A stretch of 64,000 bases of DNA from Ptychomitrium polyphyllum (taxonomy: Eukaryota): the NCBI GenBank assembly GCA_973851085.1, contig OZ316775.1, forward strand, positions 11,966,001-12,030,000, given 5' to 3'. Each line of letters begins with the position of its first letter. The first letter of the stretch is position 1. Below, one piece after another: positions 25,470 to 39,709 of the stretch. The notes under the pieces were generated by a model. The model was not told where the DNA came from, did no database searches, and saw only the letters and a program-made list of their open reading frames with translations. Both the position numbers and the translations under genes were made by a program.

Positions 25470-27389
25470 TTAGTTCAAGAATAAGTATCCCATCACTAGA
25501 GCTCCTGCCATATAAAGCCCAATGCTAAGTGATTTGCTCCTGCAACCTGCAAACATAAGTGTGCTTCTCAGTAAGATTCAGCACAGCCTAGAGCCTTCAT
25601 TTCATTGAGGACAGTTTAACAGCATTTTGAAGCATCCTCTTCAAGACCCCAGATACCATGTAAAACCTGTGACAGTGCTGCTTTAAATAGTCCTGTAGTC
25701 TACAGTATTTACTTGAATGACAATATCAGAAGTACCATACCAAAAACACCATGGGATTCTTCTAGTTAATTGCAAACACCATAAGAATTAAGGGATCAGT
25801 GAAGTAGATTGGAAATTCTCTTTAGCTGGTCTGTTAAAGACAAAGACAGTGTTGATTAATCCTGATGACCAGGTTTGCATCTAATCACTTCGTTATCTTT
25901 ATCAGCAACCTTAACCATAAGTTTCATTAGGTGCAGAGTGACCTGCACTAGTGGAGGGCACAGACTGGGACGCCTCAGACTGGGGAGATGGCTCCGGGCT
26001 GATTGTCCTACCTGCGTTTGCTGTCTGATCTGCTGGTGTCGTCGGTGGGCTAGGGGCCGGAGGTGAGCTCAAACTTGGTAATGTAAGGTTTAGATTTTGA
26101 CATGCTCCATTAATCTCGCCTGCAAATCACCACCGTGCCAGTTACTACGTACTTTCCAATTGATCTCGAAGTGGTCGTTCAATGCAAAAATTGACATGAA
26201 ATACTAAAAATTCAACTGCCTCAGATAGAAAAGCTGGCTCACAATGGTTGACGCAGAACCCAGCTGTCAAGTTGAGCACATTGGCATAACCAGGGTCGCA
26301 CACACATTTGAATGTGGGCACTAGACTGTCCTTCATGCTCGTGATTTCACACTTTCCATGTCCACAAATTCCAGGCACCAAGCATGCTGCAACAAGTATG
26401 GGCACTACCTCAAACGGAGTAACAACGGAAGAATGGACGATCATCACATATAGCTATGATTTCACTGCAGGATCTCAAGTTGAAAGTAGAAGTCGTTTAT
26501 TTTACTATTCTTTTCAGAACAATCGTCTTTCAGATGTTTGTTTTTAAAAACATGAGTTGTAGCTTACCAGTAGTATTAGCGGATATTGTTGCACTGGGAG
26601 CTGGAGCTGGGGCTGAAGATTTTTCAGCGCATTGGAGATTCAAGGAGCCTGGCCAATGTAATTAGATTAAGAACTATTTCTTTCGTACCATTGAATTCTA
26701 GATGGTTCAAGACAATTTCAAGAAGACCAAAGCCAACCTCCAATACATTCAAAACTCGGAGGTTGAAATCAAGAGCGATTATGAAATGAGAATACGTATA
26801 CCTAAGAGATGAATCATTGAATTGACGTTTCCCCATAATACACTTACAGTTAGGAACGTTGCAAGGAAGTGAGGGTATTTGGAGGAGGGGAATGACATTC
26901 TGAAGAGTAGACCATCCCGAGTTGCATTTGCACGTGTAAGGAAACAAGATGCTAACCAATGCGTTGTCATTTGGAACACAAGTGCCTTGCTGGCAATCTG
27001 TGTTTGCACAAGAATCATTTGGCGAAGCACCTGTCATGAAACAAAGGTCAGATTCTAGTTCCCTACTTGGCATCATCAGAAATCGAACTTCAACTAAATT
27101 ATAGATTGGAAAATCCAATCAACCAGTTATGAAGTCATATGCATACTCTGTGACAGAATTGCGTTTGATCATCTTAATCTTGAATATTCAATTCATGATA
27201 GATTTATGAGGTTCACACAGCTTATTTGAATCAATGTTGCCACAGAAGATACCAAAAAGTAGTAACTGGTTTCAAACCTAGAAAGCTGAAGCTGGAGTCT
27301 TCTATGCTTTTGGGACTCTGAGCAGCAGCTACAACAACTAAAGCCAAGAACGCCAGCAGTGCTACCGACGTGCTTGGTTGCTTCCCCAT
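25470..27389 (-). CDS. Secreted Cys-rich EGF-like protein with Pro/Ser/Ala-rich linkers and probable C-terminal GPI signal
   Basis: Exons 27389-27278 (signal peptide MGKQPSTSVALLAFLALVVVAAA), 27030-26848 (CANTDCQQGTC...YTCKCNSGW...PCNVPNC), 26648-26568 (SLNLQC..APAPAPS), 26386-26243 (CLVPGICGHGKC...FKCVCDPGYANVLN...FCVNHC), 26119-25943 (PPAPSPP), 25546-25470 (GCRSKSLSIGLYMAGALVMGYLFLN*). All introns are phase-1 GT-AG. Confidence 0.85.
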
Positions 27390-30300
27390 GTTGTTGCACG
27401 GACAGTGTTGAATTCCTTTAATATTGTCTGAGGAAGGAAAAACTCTTAGAAATGTCAATCAGTTTAATTCACACTACAAAGGTTTACTGGTTCTCTAGGC
27501 TTTCAAACCATCTAGAATTATCCTGAGCAAGCAATTTAGATTTTGCAAAACTAGGAATCGTTCCTTTATCTACTTTTGAATGTGCATTTCTTCAATTCAA
27601 GGGGCCCAAAACGCACTGGATATTCAGGTCAGTTCTGCTCTGTTTCAAAACAAAGTCCAACTCATGCAACAAAAATCCTTGTGTGCCATTTATTTGTTCC
27701 ACTTGAGGTTAATACATGTTAAGCATCCTAATGACAAGTTAAGTTTTGCCCGACGCAACAAATTCAGACGATAATGAACGATAACAGAGCTACTGACATG
27801 GAAATGAGGAGGAAAGTTTCATAGTCCAATTCTTTCTTAAACACAATCAATCGTACACGGCAAACTGCTACAGATAGAGCGCAATCCTCAGCACTGTGTA
27901 TGTATTAAAATTAAGAAAATAATCCACCACTTGGGTCCACCATGACCGAAGTGACCGCGCCCTGCCCAATTTTAGTTCGGCTAAGGACTAGGTGTGAAAA
28001 GAACTTAGAAGTCCATATTTTAGCCTTTGATATAGCTATTGTGTAAAAATATGAGAAACTAATGATTTGAATATACAAATAATAAACAACAGAACACACC
28101 AGTTTATAGCTTGGCTCCTCACCTAACACTAAAGAACACTTCCAAAATAGGATATGAAAACAATCTTTTCATTATCTTCCAAGCCCTATATACACACTAG
28201 AACCTATGTACTTTCGCATTTCTCCCCACTTTCACGTTTACACCTTTGGATTGTCCTAAATTATAAAATAAATTCAAAAAATTCTTAAGAAAATATAATG
28301 CTTTGACCTAAATATAAGGATCTTGAGTTGAGTTTTCACATTACAAAACATCCCACAAGCATCCCACTGCCAAGTTCTTTTGCCAATTCAACAACTCAGA
28401 TGAAAATGAAAGGAATGGAGTTACTAAGATGGAAACCAAATAACCATGCTCTGAAACAGTTTCCACGTTAGCTAAATACTAGGTGTGAAAAGAATTTGGA
28501 AATCCAGCTGTTAGCTATTAACCGTCTAGTTATAAACCCAGATCGAATATTCTTCATCCTAACCGTCCAATAAGAACCACAAACTCTCTCTCGGATTGTC
28601 ACGCACTCGATTGAGGGCCGTATTCACGGAATTTATTTTTACATTAAAAATGCTACAGAATAAGCTCAGAACTCAGCTGAAAAATTGCAACATTACCGAT
28701 AGCTAGACAAGGTTATCAGTCTTCAAGGGCCACAGTAGATTTTTTTAGCTCGAAGGGAGTGGAGCTGGTTGGCAGGCGAATGGTAGCGAAGACAATATCT
28801 TCAACGGAAATCAATGTGAGAATCATGCTGAGAACTACGTAAGTTCAAAACATACCGAGAAAGTGCTCCACAATTAATTATCTAGCTCCATTCAATTTCC
28901 AGTCCAGCTCCGAGAAAGCTCACCACAACTCTGCAAAGTGTTGTCATCACTTCTGAGCTCAATCTCTGTAGAGTTTAACGACACCATGACCAAAAAATAA
29001 TCTAGCAACGCTTCAACTTCCTCACAAAAACCAACCTTCGAACCCTTAACCTCAATCAATCCCACTTCAAAAAGTAAAGGTCACATAAAAATTATCACAA
29101 TGAGAGGTGAGAGGTTAAGTTCCCGCACCACTTTCGACTGAAGAAGACAGCAGCTGCAGGCTCAACAATGCCACAAACAAATGAACTCTTTCCTTTCCTC
29201 ATCGCCTCAGCAGCTCCCACAAAGCTCTCACATAGATGCAATTTTGCTGTGGCGTGCAGGCGCCTCGTGAGAGCCAAGGAAGCGGTGGAAAGCAGGGCAC
29301 TCGAGCAATGAAGGCACCGAAAATTATTTGCAATCAATTAATGGTGACCTTGGTAGATAGTTAGAGCAGCAGCAGATGCCATAACTGCTCCGCTTCTTTA
29401 CCACTCGTCCCACCGCACCAGTGACCACTCCTGACTCTACAGTGTTCAGGGAACTATTCTAGATGTCATTTCATCATTATGGCATCATTTTAAGTTGTCA
29501 TATTTAAACCTGGAAAGTCCTATTCAGTCACCTACTCAGATTCGTACAATTCCTTGCAGATTTTATTGTGTCTCTGCAACACCTGTTGCTGTGAGTTCAT
29601 AACTGCTGTCAAGTTTGGGTCCTGGGACCTGCCTCCAGTTTTCTTCGGTTCATTGCTGCTTCCTTCAGGTTCAGTAACGCCTTCGGCACTGGCCAGATGT
29701 GAGAAATGATCTATGTGTACAGGTGGGCATTCATACATGGTTGTAGCTCTTGACTATCGTGGCACAAAGGCAACTTGAAATTAAGTCGCAACTTATCTGG
29801 ATGATGAGTTTTAATTGATCTGACTTGGAGGGTTTGAGCTCTTCATGTCGCTGGAGCAAGTGGGTACTGGTTAGGCTTATGGGAGCGTGGTGAAGTGCTT
29901 GGGTTGCCCAAGTCCTGACAGCCTAGTGGAGTCTTGACTTAGATCTTGCTGTACCTCGTGCCCAGTGCTCAATTCTTAACCAATAGAACAACTGTGTATA
30001 TGAACTATATACCACACATACATACACAACCTGTACAGAATACCATTTTATGGATCACAATCAATGTCTTCCTGCAAAATTAGTAATCTTTTCTAGAAAT
30101 AACATTATTCATACATGACAATGGCTGGGATTAGTTTTTTTCCTTTCAGACATTATTTTTTGAAAATCATTTCCCATGTTTTCCATTATTTATTGTTTGG
30201 ATTAATGGATCAAATCTAACCCTTGCATATGGTACATTCCAATGAAAGCACAAACATCTATTATGGACACTTTCACAATTAAAGGCTTCAAGTTTGAAAT

Positions 30301-30599
30301 GGAATTCTCAAATATTGTATCCTTTAAAATGATAATTTTTTAAATTATAATATGTTGTGAACTTGAAATTTGAATTTTACATAAAAAAAAAAAAGGGACT
30401 TTGAATTGATGCTATATAATGTTTTTAGGGTGTTCTTTTGTGGTTTTAGTTTTTTTTCTTTTTTATATTAACAAGGCGTTTTAAGAGTTTTATATTTAAA
30501 AATTTGTGATTAATACAAAAAGCCTTCAAAATTTTTAAAAATCTAGAAAATTACATAATTTATTGTAGAACTTAGGAATTTATTATAAAAAAAATTATT

Positions 30600-33500
30600 A
30601 TGTTTGTAGAGCTTATGGCCTAGTAAGTACTATTAAATGCAATGTCTAATAATTGGCTTGGTCGTAAAAAGATTAAATTCTACTTGTTGTGCTAATCAAA
30701 CATTCTACAAATAAATGAAAATTAATAAATTGAAGACCATTCAAGTATAAAACAAACACTTCACACTATGGAGTATGTGATATTAAAAGCAATTGCAATA
30801 AAATTTAAACCACTTACATTCAAACACTTGTGATAATAAGCCACAATCACTTAAATACATTATGTGGCTAGAAATGGTTGTTTTAATTACGTACATTTGA
30901 ATTTTATAATTAGAGGTGTAAGCTATGAAATATATATTATCATTATTATATTAACAGTACATAGACAATAAAATATAACCTCAAAATAAATAAATAATTA
31001 TAGTTTAGCTATGGATAAAGTATAGGAAGTAGATAAAATATAATATACATATATTCCCATTGTTTTCTTATATTAAATCCCTATTTATAGTAATAAATTT
31101 TCACATATTTTTTTACAAGAAGATTATTGGAACCAAAATATTAACCATCATTTTTATATTAAATAACCACCATCCTCTACAAACCATCAATATGTGATAA
31201 TTGACATAATATATACTTGTACATGTAATCCTTCCAAATCCTTCCATTGCAAGCCTTTATAAGTAACAACCTTACTTTGAGGACCTCTTATACACATAAA
31301 ATAGTATATTGTGCTTGAATATTTAAAGTAATTGGTATTAATTTTTGCTAATTAATATGATCACATTCTGCAAATTATTATTTTTGAGGCTGCAACTACC
31401 TCTTTGTATGTTAATATATTTCAAATTGTGTGTATTTGCATATTTCATGGTGTTGCATAATGTGCTTTGTTAAACCATTTGTTTTGAAGCAATTCCTTAA
31501 TTATGTCTTGTTGTTAATTATGCTTGCTTGCATAAGATTTAAAACTCTCTAGAATGATCATATCTTTGGTTTTTAAAACCTTTGTTGTAATTCTAAAGCT
31601 ACTCAACATCTAATCCACAATAGCATAAGTAGGTTTTTATTAAATTCATCAAATAAGACTGCTAATTCTAATCATATAAAAAAACACTCAATCATCAGCA
31701 ATTCATACTTATTATATTGTAATATATTTGATAATGGTCTTGCAAAGGCCAAACTTTATCTTAAAAAGAAATTTATGATTGACAATAATTGTAATTGAGG
31801 CATAGATGCTTCATACAATGTTTGCACTTTATTACACACTATATGATTGACTATCAACTATTATACTTGTGATTGTTTGTTGTTAACCAATAGTGAACTT
31901 GTAACAAGCCTTGAATTCTTCTCATTCTGAAAGAACCTAATTCTTCATATACAAGCTTGATTAGCTATATATTTTTTGGAAGCTTAAATACCACCTTGTT
32001 GCCATTCAACCATAATATAAAAAATAAAAATATCCTCCTATAGAAATCTCTTAACTCATTTTATTGAATCCAATTATTTTATTAACCATCCATATGTTAA
32101 TTAGTTTCATTCTTTTTAAATAATCTAACAATACAATATCATCATTATTATCTTTAATGCCTTAAACTCTTTTACCAATTTTTTCATCAATTATTGCTTT
32201 GATGATTAGATTTCTAATCATATATTCATTCATTGCTAAAGTACTGAGACATGTTGAAATATACCATTCTACCAAAGTTTCTACATCTATCTCTACCTAC
32301 CTTCTAGTCTTTGTAAAGTCTACTTGACTTAGATTTGAATTGCATTTAAACCATTTGCCACCAAGCCCACTTTATATACAATCAAAAGTCATATTCTTGT
32401 AGCATCAAGGATTACCTAACAAGCATATTTATTTCTATAAACCATTAAAAAGACTAATGTATTGTAATTAAAATAAGAATTTATTGCCATATAAAAAATA
32501 TTAGAAGTGAAAAATTGCCCTTATTATAATTAAGTATTCTCTTTCATATGAAGTATATTATACTTCAACAAATTTATATCATGTGGTTTTGGTACAAATA
32601 TGATAAGTCCACCTTTCCAATCATACCATTCAAATCAATTGAAAACATAGTGTGTCTTAAATACTTCATCTTATCTTAATTAAACTTATATTTTCTAGGA
32701 TGTAATTTCAAATAATTGTTTTTAGTTTTTAAATACCTCTTGCATGTACTTCCAATGTTCTTTGCAGTTTTTAATTAAAATAATGATAATATCAATGTAA
32801 CACTTAATAAAAGATAGACTTCTAAGATTTCAATCTATTACATTTAAAAACCTTATAAGAATATTCTTGAAATCAAACGGTTGGAATTCCTATCAATAGA
32901 TGTGATAAATTTCATAATCATTTGTTTATCTTTGATGGCATAATTGTAACAAATGCATACTCACATTCAACCAACACCAATTTTATAACTTGGCTAGAAA
33001 TGTTTTTTATGTGCTACAATTAATCATCTTCTTTTCCATTTTACTATATTACATGATTTATAATAGATTATAACATCTATTGGGTCAATTCTTAGTTCTT
33101 GATCTTTCAACAAACTTAAGCCATATAAACCAAATGCAAACTAGTTTTTGATTTTCTTAAAGAATTCTTATTTGTGTACTTTTTCTACTTCATTTTTTAA
33201 TTCTATTTTAATATATTAGCCTCTAAAATCACTGCCACCTTCTTCTAATCTATAAAGTAGAATGTTTTACATTGGTTGTTATATAACTTTGCTAATAGAA
33301 GGACATGCCAGCTCTATACCCATCATATTATATTTTTTCATCCAATTGGCAAAATTTCCATAAATCTTTAATTTGATCAAATATTGCCATCATATAACAT
33401 AATTCTTAATTTTTGCTTCTATGTTCATAATATGGTATGCCAAATTCCATCATTGCCAATTTCTTCTTGACTTTCTTCTTCAAAAATCTTACCATTCCAA

Positions 33501-34900
33501 AAATTATCATGATATTTAGTCAATCAAGCATTTTAAGATTGTTCCATAATTTCTATGGATGAACAAACATTGCCTTTTAACCTTCAACTACCATCTGTGA
33601 TGTCTTAACCATTTAAAAAATTACCTTTGGTATGTCCATTTAATAAAAATTCTAATGATTTGTCAACTTAATAAAAAAAATTGCCACATTTAATGAATCT
33701 ATTTATATGAGATACTTCAAATCCATGATTTTGGTAATCATTGCTATTCTTTGAGGTTCTAAAACATTTGATAATTTAGATGTGCCAAAGTCAAAGCCCT
33801 TGGCTTGCTTTTGTTCATCAACATTTTATTCTATTATTTCTTCTAATTATACATTCCAAGCCAAGCTAGGTCCATTCTTTTTTAATTCAAACCAATTTTG
33901 TATAAATGCGTGTGATACCTTTTGTAATTTATCTTTACAACTCACAAGTGCCAAAATTATATGTGTCTATACATCTACTTGTTTAAACGTTTAACAAGCC
34001 TTAGTAAAGGACACTAATATCTTGGAGAAGATTATTTATAATTATCATGTTCATATAGACTACTACATGGTTGCTACATTAAAGATTAAGATAGAGATAA
34101 ATGTTATTTGTGCAAATAAGGCTGGATATGGTTGGTGCTTGTTCATATTGTTGTTCAATTTTCTTTTATGCAAGCCTTCTCCCATATGCTTTTTTGTCTT
34201 ATATGTGACAAAGTAAACATCTATTCCATTTTTCTTCTACCATGTCATCATTTAATGGTAACTTTGGATAAAATATAATATAAAATTTCAATTCATAATT
34301 TTCTTTTATATAAACTTATTTGCTTAATAAATGGAGACCAATTCATTTATTTATACAATTCAATTTTTTAATTTTTTTTGGCCATGTCCAATTACTTAGA
34401 TCTTGTGATATAGTGTATTTGCTAAAGAATGTTGTGGCAAATGGTACTAATGCAATATTATAGTAATAGTAATATGTCTTATTCTTCTTATTAAAAGACA
34501 TGACATAATTGTTCACATGGAAAGATGTCAAGGGGCAATTGCATGTGAATGCAATAAGAAGTCTAAGTGTACCTACTATGCTGCAATTGTAGAAGGAGAT
34601 TCCATAGGAAATGAAGAAAGGCCCTCCAAAGGAATTGATCTTAGCTTCTTAGAAAAAGTGAATATTAGAATTAGCTACACTTGAACTATAGTAATAGGTT
34701 TCTGATGTTACAATCCTTACATTTGGATGATAATGTATGTAAATACATTACCTTTGCAATTTCATTGTTTCCATAGCATTATAAGAATTTCTTTTCCTAC
34801 ACTATAAAAGGTAAATTTTATGTTATATCTATAAATTTTCTTGATGTCAACAAACATAACATTTTCAATGGCCTTCCTATACACCCTCATAATGAGTCAA
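30600..34900 (-). mobile_element. Very decayed Ty3/gypsy retrotransposon internal region
   Basis: Minus-strand remnants LMLQEYDF (end of RNase H, ~32390) and PFDFKNI (RT PFGLKNA motif, ~32870); extremely AT-rich with many stops. Boundaries approximate. Confidence 0.7.
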
Positions 34901-36322
34901 ATTCACTCAACTCCAAAACTTTCATGACACTTGCTAAATTCTATATAACATCATGTTTGCAAGGAATGCAGTTTTGTCATTTAAATATATAAATTTTAAA
35001 ATTTTTGTACTTATTTTATATGATTTTTCAGTATACTTCTAATGGTGGTATTTTGCATTCCAATGTGCTCCAGCAATTGCCTGTAGTATTCTGTTATAGT
35101 GAGTACTAGTAGTGATTCTGGTAGCATTGATGAGCCTATGGTAGGAAGTCAGGTCCAAAGATCTTTGCTGATGTTAGAATTACACTGTATATGGGGCCAA
35201 CAATACTGTGTGTTTTGGTTTTCTGCATTGGTCGGATGATCGGTTTGGATGGACCACAATAGATGTCATTTCCCAAGTTCCTGTGATCTGACAAACACTA
35301 TGATCCTTGTCTGTATGATAGCTGCAATTGAGCTGCCTCTCACATCACTGCACCTCACTCTATGCCGTATGATCTCAGAGTTACTCGCACAACTAATCTT
35401 TTCAACGGCATTCAATGCTGCTGGATATTTCATACCGTCATCTTCTTTCCTCCCTTTCAAAAATTTTAGTCCTTTTTAATATTGCAAGCTTACAACTGAA
35501 CTCGAACAGCTGTTTCATTCTAAGACTTGGTGGAGCTTTTTGGACAATGAAAATCAAATCATCAATGTGTTAGTATAACATGCTACAAGCTGGAGCGCCT
35601 GTAGGGGTCTTTTGGTAGCCCTTGTTGTGGAAAGCGTGTGGAACATAAGACGGGGCTGCTGAGATATGCAATCTGGTGTTGTGGTATGTTACAGTATAAT
35701 GTGGGGTTTTTTGTGTTTGAAGGAATTACAGCTGGAAGATCATGTTGGTTTCTGAGTGTCTCCAAGGTTGCATGCAGCACGTTAGTTGGTACTACGGTTG
35801 AAGTTCCAAGTGCCGCCGAAGTAAGTTTAGAGTTTTTCAGGTTTTTCAGCTAACTTCTGTGCACAATCTCTATTCATGCAGCTCAAGAAGATAATTTTCA
35901 CTACCTACGGTTGTGTATGAGAAGCTTCATGTCTACAGTGCAAGTTGTTCATTTCTTGAACTCTCGAGCCTCGCACCATGACACGGTTAAGCTGAGCTGC
36001 TAAGTGTAGAATGACTGAGTGTTGAGCAAGGTCGTTCTCTGGGTTGTCCACACCCTGCTCCATGTCGACGCTTGATGGTGTCGCAGATATTTCTCTGAAG
36101 TTTAATCCTTGGTTGATGAGAACCTTTCAGTTCTTATAATATGCCCTGGAGCCGATCGTTGATGCATTGCTTGTCCACAGGTTGTCAAAAAATTCAACAA
36201 AGATACAACAGCTGGAAGAGTGACAGTAACATCGACCTCGATCTCCTCAGATCATCAGCCTTGGCAAGCACAACGCCTCTGCTAATTTGCTCACAGGTCA
36301 CGATTAGGGTTCAAGAAGCCAC

Positions 36323-37503
36323 ATGGAGCACAAGGTGGAAAAGGATATGGCAAAAGAGAAGATTTTGACAGTCAAATCTGCACCAGATGACACCGAAGTT
36401 AAGGTTAGTCCGAACTGATTTCATAGCTCAGTTCCCACCTTGCAATTAAAACCAATCTGCTGGGCAGTTCCTAATTAAAGGTTACTAAATCCTTTTCTTC
36501 TTCTTGTTTCCACAACGGCTATGGCAGGAGGGCAAGCCTCTATACAGACTCCGGAAATGCCACCTCTGTTGTTGCCTGGGAGTGGGCGTTATCGTTCTCC
36601 TGGGTATCCTCCTCCTCATCCTCGTCTTCGCCGTCTTCAAGGCTAAGGATCCCAACGTCTGGGTCAATGGCGTGAAGCTGGCTGACCTCAACATAACCTA
36701 CAGCACCATCTTCCCTCGAATTCGATTGATGTTGGACTTAAACATCACGGTTCACAACCCTAATAGAGCAGCCTTCAAGTATACCAACGGTTCATCGATG
36801 CTGTACTACCAGGGCATTGAAGTGGGTCATGCGGACATCCCTGCAGGTCGATTAGGTGCTGGCCATACCATCACCCAGGTTGTGACTCTGAATGTGCAAG
36901 CGGAGAAGTTCCTTATGGGCTCCAATTTCACAAAAGACTTCGCTGCAGGTAATGAGACATCAACTCGCTTGCATTCATCATCTTTTTGGATACATATGTG
37001 ATCTTTCAGCTTCAATGTAAACATACATCACAAAAAACCTCATCGATACCGAATCTGAAACCTTGCATAGTCTAAATTGGCGGTGATCGATTTACAAGTA
37101 TTGCATTGATTATAAATTCTATGCCTGCAGACAGTGGACACTGGGAGAGTATGTTGCATCTGTGAGCTAAAATGGATTTTAGATGGTTAACATCGGGTCT
37201 AGATTAATTAATTTCATACAGTGATTGAAAACAACCTTGGGTCAGTAGTAATTAAAAAAAAATTGTGGTTTTTAGTTTGTGATCTTTGAAGACTTTGGTA
37301 TTTAGGTAAAGGTAAACTTGGTTAAATAGTTCTTTTTTTCAGGCTTGATACCTGTTTCTGCGACGACAACAATAAGTGGACGAGTGAATGTGCTCAACAT
37401 TTACAAGCGCCATGCAGTGTCCTACTCGTGGTGTGATATGTCTGTGTTCATAGCAAATGCAACTCTGGCCAGTTTCCACTGCAGATACAGTCTTCACCAG
37501 TGA
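36323..37503 (+). CDS. LEA_2 (NDR1/HIN1-like) type II membrane protein
   Basis: Exons 36323-36403, 36528-36948, 37343-37503 join in frame. Cys cluster and TM segment CCCLGVGVIVLLGILLLILVFAVFKAKDP; LEA_2 core ITVHNPNRAAFKYTNGSSMLYYQGIEVGHADIPAG; C-terminal ISGRVNVLNIYKRHAVSYSWCD. Confidence 0.9.
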
Positions 37504-38659
37504 TTCTAAACATGTGTGAGCACTACTTAACACAACAAATTTCTGGACTTCACCAATTTTCAGGCTGAACCATCGCCGAAAACGATTTTCAGGCACCTAA
37601 TCGCCGAATATAGAATATATTTACACAATTTCTCGTCGAGTCATTTGTAAAATTCTGACCTCGTATACAAACACCGAGTTTAAGTATCATATCATAGACT
37701 TAGCTGTTTAAGGAAATTACTAACAAGCAATGAGTTCAGTACAAGGAGCGATCTTTATCAAAGGGTTGTTATTTTTAGTTTGGCGTTTAAATCCTACGAT
37801 TAGGCAGATCAGCATATGATATACAACATTACATCTGGTATCTTCACCAAGGAACATACTTACTAGTCCTGGTTGGGCGCTGGATGTTTTATCACTGCAT
37901 TATGGAGGATATAGTTCGTATATTTGTAATGTGAAAACTAACACCTGGTTGTAAAGCTAGAGATATCCCGACTCAGATGACAATAGTTTTTGAATACACA
38001 GTTTTGCATGTTATTATACGTAGCATTATATCGACCATTGTGAATGAGCCATTTTACAAAAGTTTCAACTAAATTTCAGATCCGTTTGTGAAGACAGTTT
38101 ACATATATGATATTATTACGTAACTCCTATTCCTACATGATTTTCTATACTGTATGATTTTTTATTTTAAAATTACTACCTTCCATTACAACGAAGGTAA
38201 ATAAATCGTGTTGAAATGTGTTTATTATAAACATCAAGAATACATATGTATGTAGCACGTATAATGTTAGTAATACAATGATAAATCAAATCAAACCCTC
38301 GTAATACTAAAACTATCTCTACTAATGCTGCATTGTAGAACTAGATATTAGAATGTTAGATATGATTGCACAAGTACCTAAAAGTCAAACTCACTAAACC
38401 TCAGTTAGAGACATAAACGCCTTCAAGCTCTACCAATCTGTTACCATGTTAAAAGTGTCTTAAAGTACAAATGCACTAGACAATATAAAAGTAGAAGAGT
38501 ATTGCAGAATATAGTACTTTTAAAAATTCACTTCCATTTTTATCCTTGAAGTTATGTGCGCAATAATGAAACTTGTTCAATCATTGATACATACAGTAAC
38601 TGGGATTTATTCGATACTGAGCTTGACTTTCAATACTTGACCTCCAATACCATTCACAT

Positions 38660-39250
38660 ATAAAATCTGTGCAAATGTGCGCTGTGCCCATTCAGCAGTT
38701 TCTTACAATTGCGTGGACATCAGAAGAAATGCATTCATCCAGGAAATGTTTTCAGAACACCGTCCGTCACAACAAAGTCACAACGTTAGCTCCAAGCTTA
38801 TCAACTAGGTCATACAGCACATCAAACGCAGCCTTGGACACCACTTCATCCATGTCGTCGTCTTGAACTGCAGTATGTGCTCTGCGGTACCAGCAAATCT
38901 GCTGTCCTTGGTCCTAGACCTTGGAAAATACAAGAGTACGCCTCCAGAATAGTGCTCCGTAGCTCATTGTTGTATTCCACCATTTGGTCGTCACCAACTA
39001 ATTGCTCAGAGCGTTCTGCCGCTTCTTGGAGCATTTGCATGGCAGAACTCAAATATCTCTCAAAATGGTCACCAGTTGCGAAGGCAACGTCACCGAGGCA
39101 TGAGCATATGGGTGACATCACTGAGTGGTGCAGCGGGGTGCTAGACAAAGCTTGCCAAAAGCGGGCCATGATTCCATCGCAGTAAGGTAGAATTATCTTG
39201 TCACACAACTCACCGCAGATGTAGAAGAGTACTCCAACAGTTTTTGCAGA
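38660..39250 (-). pseudogene. KPNB1: Importin beta-1 (KPNB1) C-terminal fragment, pseudogene
   Basis: ILPYCDGIM...LSSTPLHHSVMSPICSCLGDVAFATGDHFERYL...EYNNELRSTILEAYSCIFQG, then after frameshifts AEHILQF / DDDMDEVVSKAAFDVLYDLVDKLG / FLDECISSD / ETAEWAQ. This follows the plant importin-beta C-terminus. Contains stops and a deletion; no N-terminal part found. Confidence 0.88.
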
Positions 39251-39709
39251 CCTCATAACCTTCGAAGGTTTAGAGACCAACTTCAAGGTTTCGGTTTTCC
39301 AAATTCTGCACCAATTTTTTGTGCCGAGACGCCGATTGCAAGCATGGCTTGCTCTGGGACGGTCACGGTTCGGCAAACAAGGACATTGAGGAGTAGACGC
39401 ATTCTTTGATCAGCGTATTTCTTCACTTCCGTGGTATTGAGCTTCTGGTCAACTATTGTAAATTCCTAAAGAATGAAAATGAAATTATGGAGCTTTCAGT
39501 TTTCCATACAGATAGGTGAAGGGATTTGATTTCTGTTCATAATTTATGAAACGTTATGCATTTGAAAACAAGTAATCCGTACTGACTTGACTCTGGTGTA
39601 GATCTTACCAAATTCAATACAACATTAAGTAGCCTTGATTAGTAAGTTAATGATGCAAAGATTAGTTTGAATTACAAGACAAGTGAGTGTTCATCGTTAA
39701 AGAGCATAA

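Noticed and set aside
29532..29738. 68-aa minus-strand ORF upstream of the EGF-like gene
   Set aside because: No recognisable family and no supporting exon chain; it may be leader or intergenic sequence.
30300..35000. AT-rich block as giant-virus (NCLDV), Helitron or MULE insertion
   Set aside because: The readable motifs (LQEYDF, PF.FKN) are gypsy RT/RNase H; no viral, helicase or clear MULE motifs were found.
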